A stretch of DNA of 46,444 bases from a virus (lineage: Duplodnaviria; Caudoviricetes), in IMG/VR virus record IMGVR_UViG_3300025018_000215, positions 1 through 46,444 of that record; one strand, given 5' to 3'. The translations under genes and the position numbers were made by a program. This document shows, one piece after another, positions 45,557 through 46,444 of the stretch. The notes under the pieces are model-generated. The model was not told where the DNA came from and made no database searches. It saw only the letters and a program-made list of their open reading frames with translations. Position 1 is the stretch's first letter; the number at the start of each line of letters is the position of its first letter.

Positions 45557-46261
45557 ATGGAACAAGATCTAGAACAATTAAACAAAAGGATAACTGAGCT
45601 AGAAAATAAGTTTAATAATCAAACTACTGTTCCTGTTAAGCTGGACCGCTACCTTGACCCAGAATCAAAAGATGTTATAGCAACAGTTATGAAAGAACGA
45701 ATCTTCGACTTATTCTGGTCAAATGTATTTTTTATTTCTTCTGTATTTGAAGGTGTAGATAGGTATGTGGTAACAGGTAGTGCTACAGTTTCGAGTGTTG
45801 GACTACTTCTAAGTACAAGCTCTGGTTCTTGTTCAGCAAATCTTGACTCAAAAGATGATAACCCACTTCTCATTGACAAGAAAACTTACCTATCAACTAT
45901 TGTAGGAATCGGAGATGTTTCTGAGGTAGTATTCCAGGTTGATATTCTTGAAGGAATTGGATTCCGAATCGACGCAGGAACCATAAAAGGATATACATAT
46001 GATGGCTCAACTACAAACGAACTAAGTATTGGGACAGCTGCAGACAATACACCTTACCGGCTTGACCTAAGATATGACCCACGAGGTAAAGTAGATTTCT
46101 ATGTTGATGGAGTTTTAAAAGGAACTGTTACAAGCAACCTTCCTCCAATCGCGACAACTGACCCGAGCTATATTATAAACTATACGAATGACCCAAAGAC
46201 GGGCGGTTCAGGAGTTACATCAGCAGAAGTTACTTACTTCGCTTTGATGCAGGAAAGATAA
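45557..46261 (+). CDS. Virion protein with C-terminal lectin-like fold
   Basis: N-terminal coiled coil; VDFYVDGVLKGT..SNLP. Confidence 0.55.
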   Translation: MEQDLEQLNKRITELENKFNNQTTVPVKLDRYLDPESKDVIATVMKERIFDLFWSNVFFISSVFEGVDRYVVTGSATVSSVGLLLSTSSGSCSANLDSKDDNPLLIDKKTYLSTIVGIGDVSEVVFQVDILEGIGFRIDAGTIKGYTYDGSTTNELSIGTAADNTPYRLDLRYDPRGKVDFYVDGVLKGTVTSNLPPIATTDPSYIINYTNDPKTGGSGVTSAEVTYFALMQER

Positions 46262-46287
46262 AATATAAACACAATGGCAACACTACA

Positions 46288-46444
46288 AATGGACCTAAGT
46301 GGAAAGAACGGTTTAGTACAAAACTTCTTTCCCGATAAAGATGAACAAACTTCTACACCACATAGAAGGTTTTTAGCTGGTGATGGTCAGATGGCTGATG
46401 GCGTATACAATCCTTTCACTCGATACGGATATATGTCGCCCGCA
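46288..46444. repeat. Terminal overlap, copy 2
   Basis: Repeats 1-157. Confidence 0.95.

Noticed and set aside
129-45879. Numerous antisense or nested ORFs in the track (e.g. 5422-5844, 9060-9503, 43179-43736)
   Set aside because: They overlap well-supported genes and have no motifs; typical shadow ORFs
42415-46261. Diversity-generating retroelement acting on tail genes
   Set aside because: No reverse transcriptase and no template/variable repeat pair seen
1-46444. Genome-wide stop-codon reassignment (TAG or TGA)
   Set aside because: Long genes are intact in code 11, TAG ends several real genes (e.g. 2896, 7348, 40316), and no canonical suppressor tRNA was found; only one internal TAG was seen
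46288-46444. Biological direct terminal repeat
   Set aside because: It falls inside a coding sequence and is better explained as a circular assembly overlap; the single mismatch may be strain variation

Overview
The window is an apparently complete, circularly assembled ~46.3-kb dsDNA tailed-phage genome: bases 1-157 recur at 46288-46444, giving a unit length of 46,287 bp. A rightward arm (30.5 kb through the junction to 7.3 kb) carries terminases, a tRNA/ncRNA cluster, portal, scaffold, capsid, tail and putative ejection proteins in a podovirus-like layout. A leftward arm (29.6 to 11.0 kb) carries a replication initiator with iterons, an intein-containing primase-helicase, nucleases, and an RNA-repair set (Pnk/phosphatase, RNA ligase, Thg1-like protein). 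Between the arms sit a groEL-orf-groES cassette and a holin/M23 lysis pair. No integrase, DNA polymerase, RNA polymerase or sigma factor was recognised. Code 11, almost no Shine-Dalgarno sites, extended -10 promoters and promoter-linked DnaA boxes suggest, by inference only, a Patescibacteria/CPR-like host. The most unusual items are: a tRNA-like RNA with an 81-nt T-loop insert heading the RNA-repair operon; several other unannotated structured RNAs; a strongly over-represented, polarised GCCCGCAA octamer; and a dif-like site in an integrase-less phage. All protein calls come from motifs read by eye; no database searches were run.
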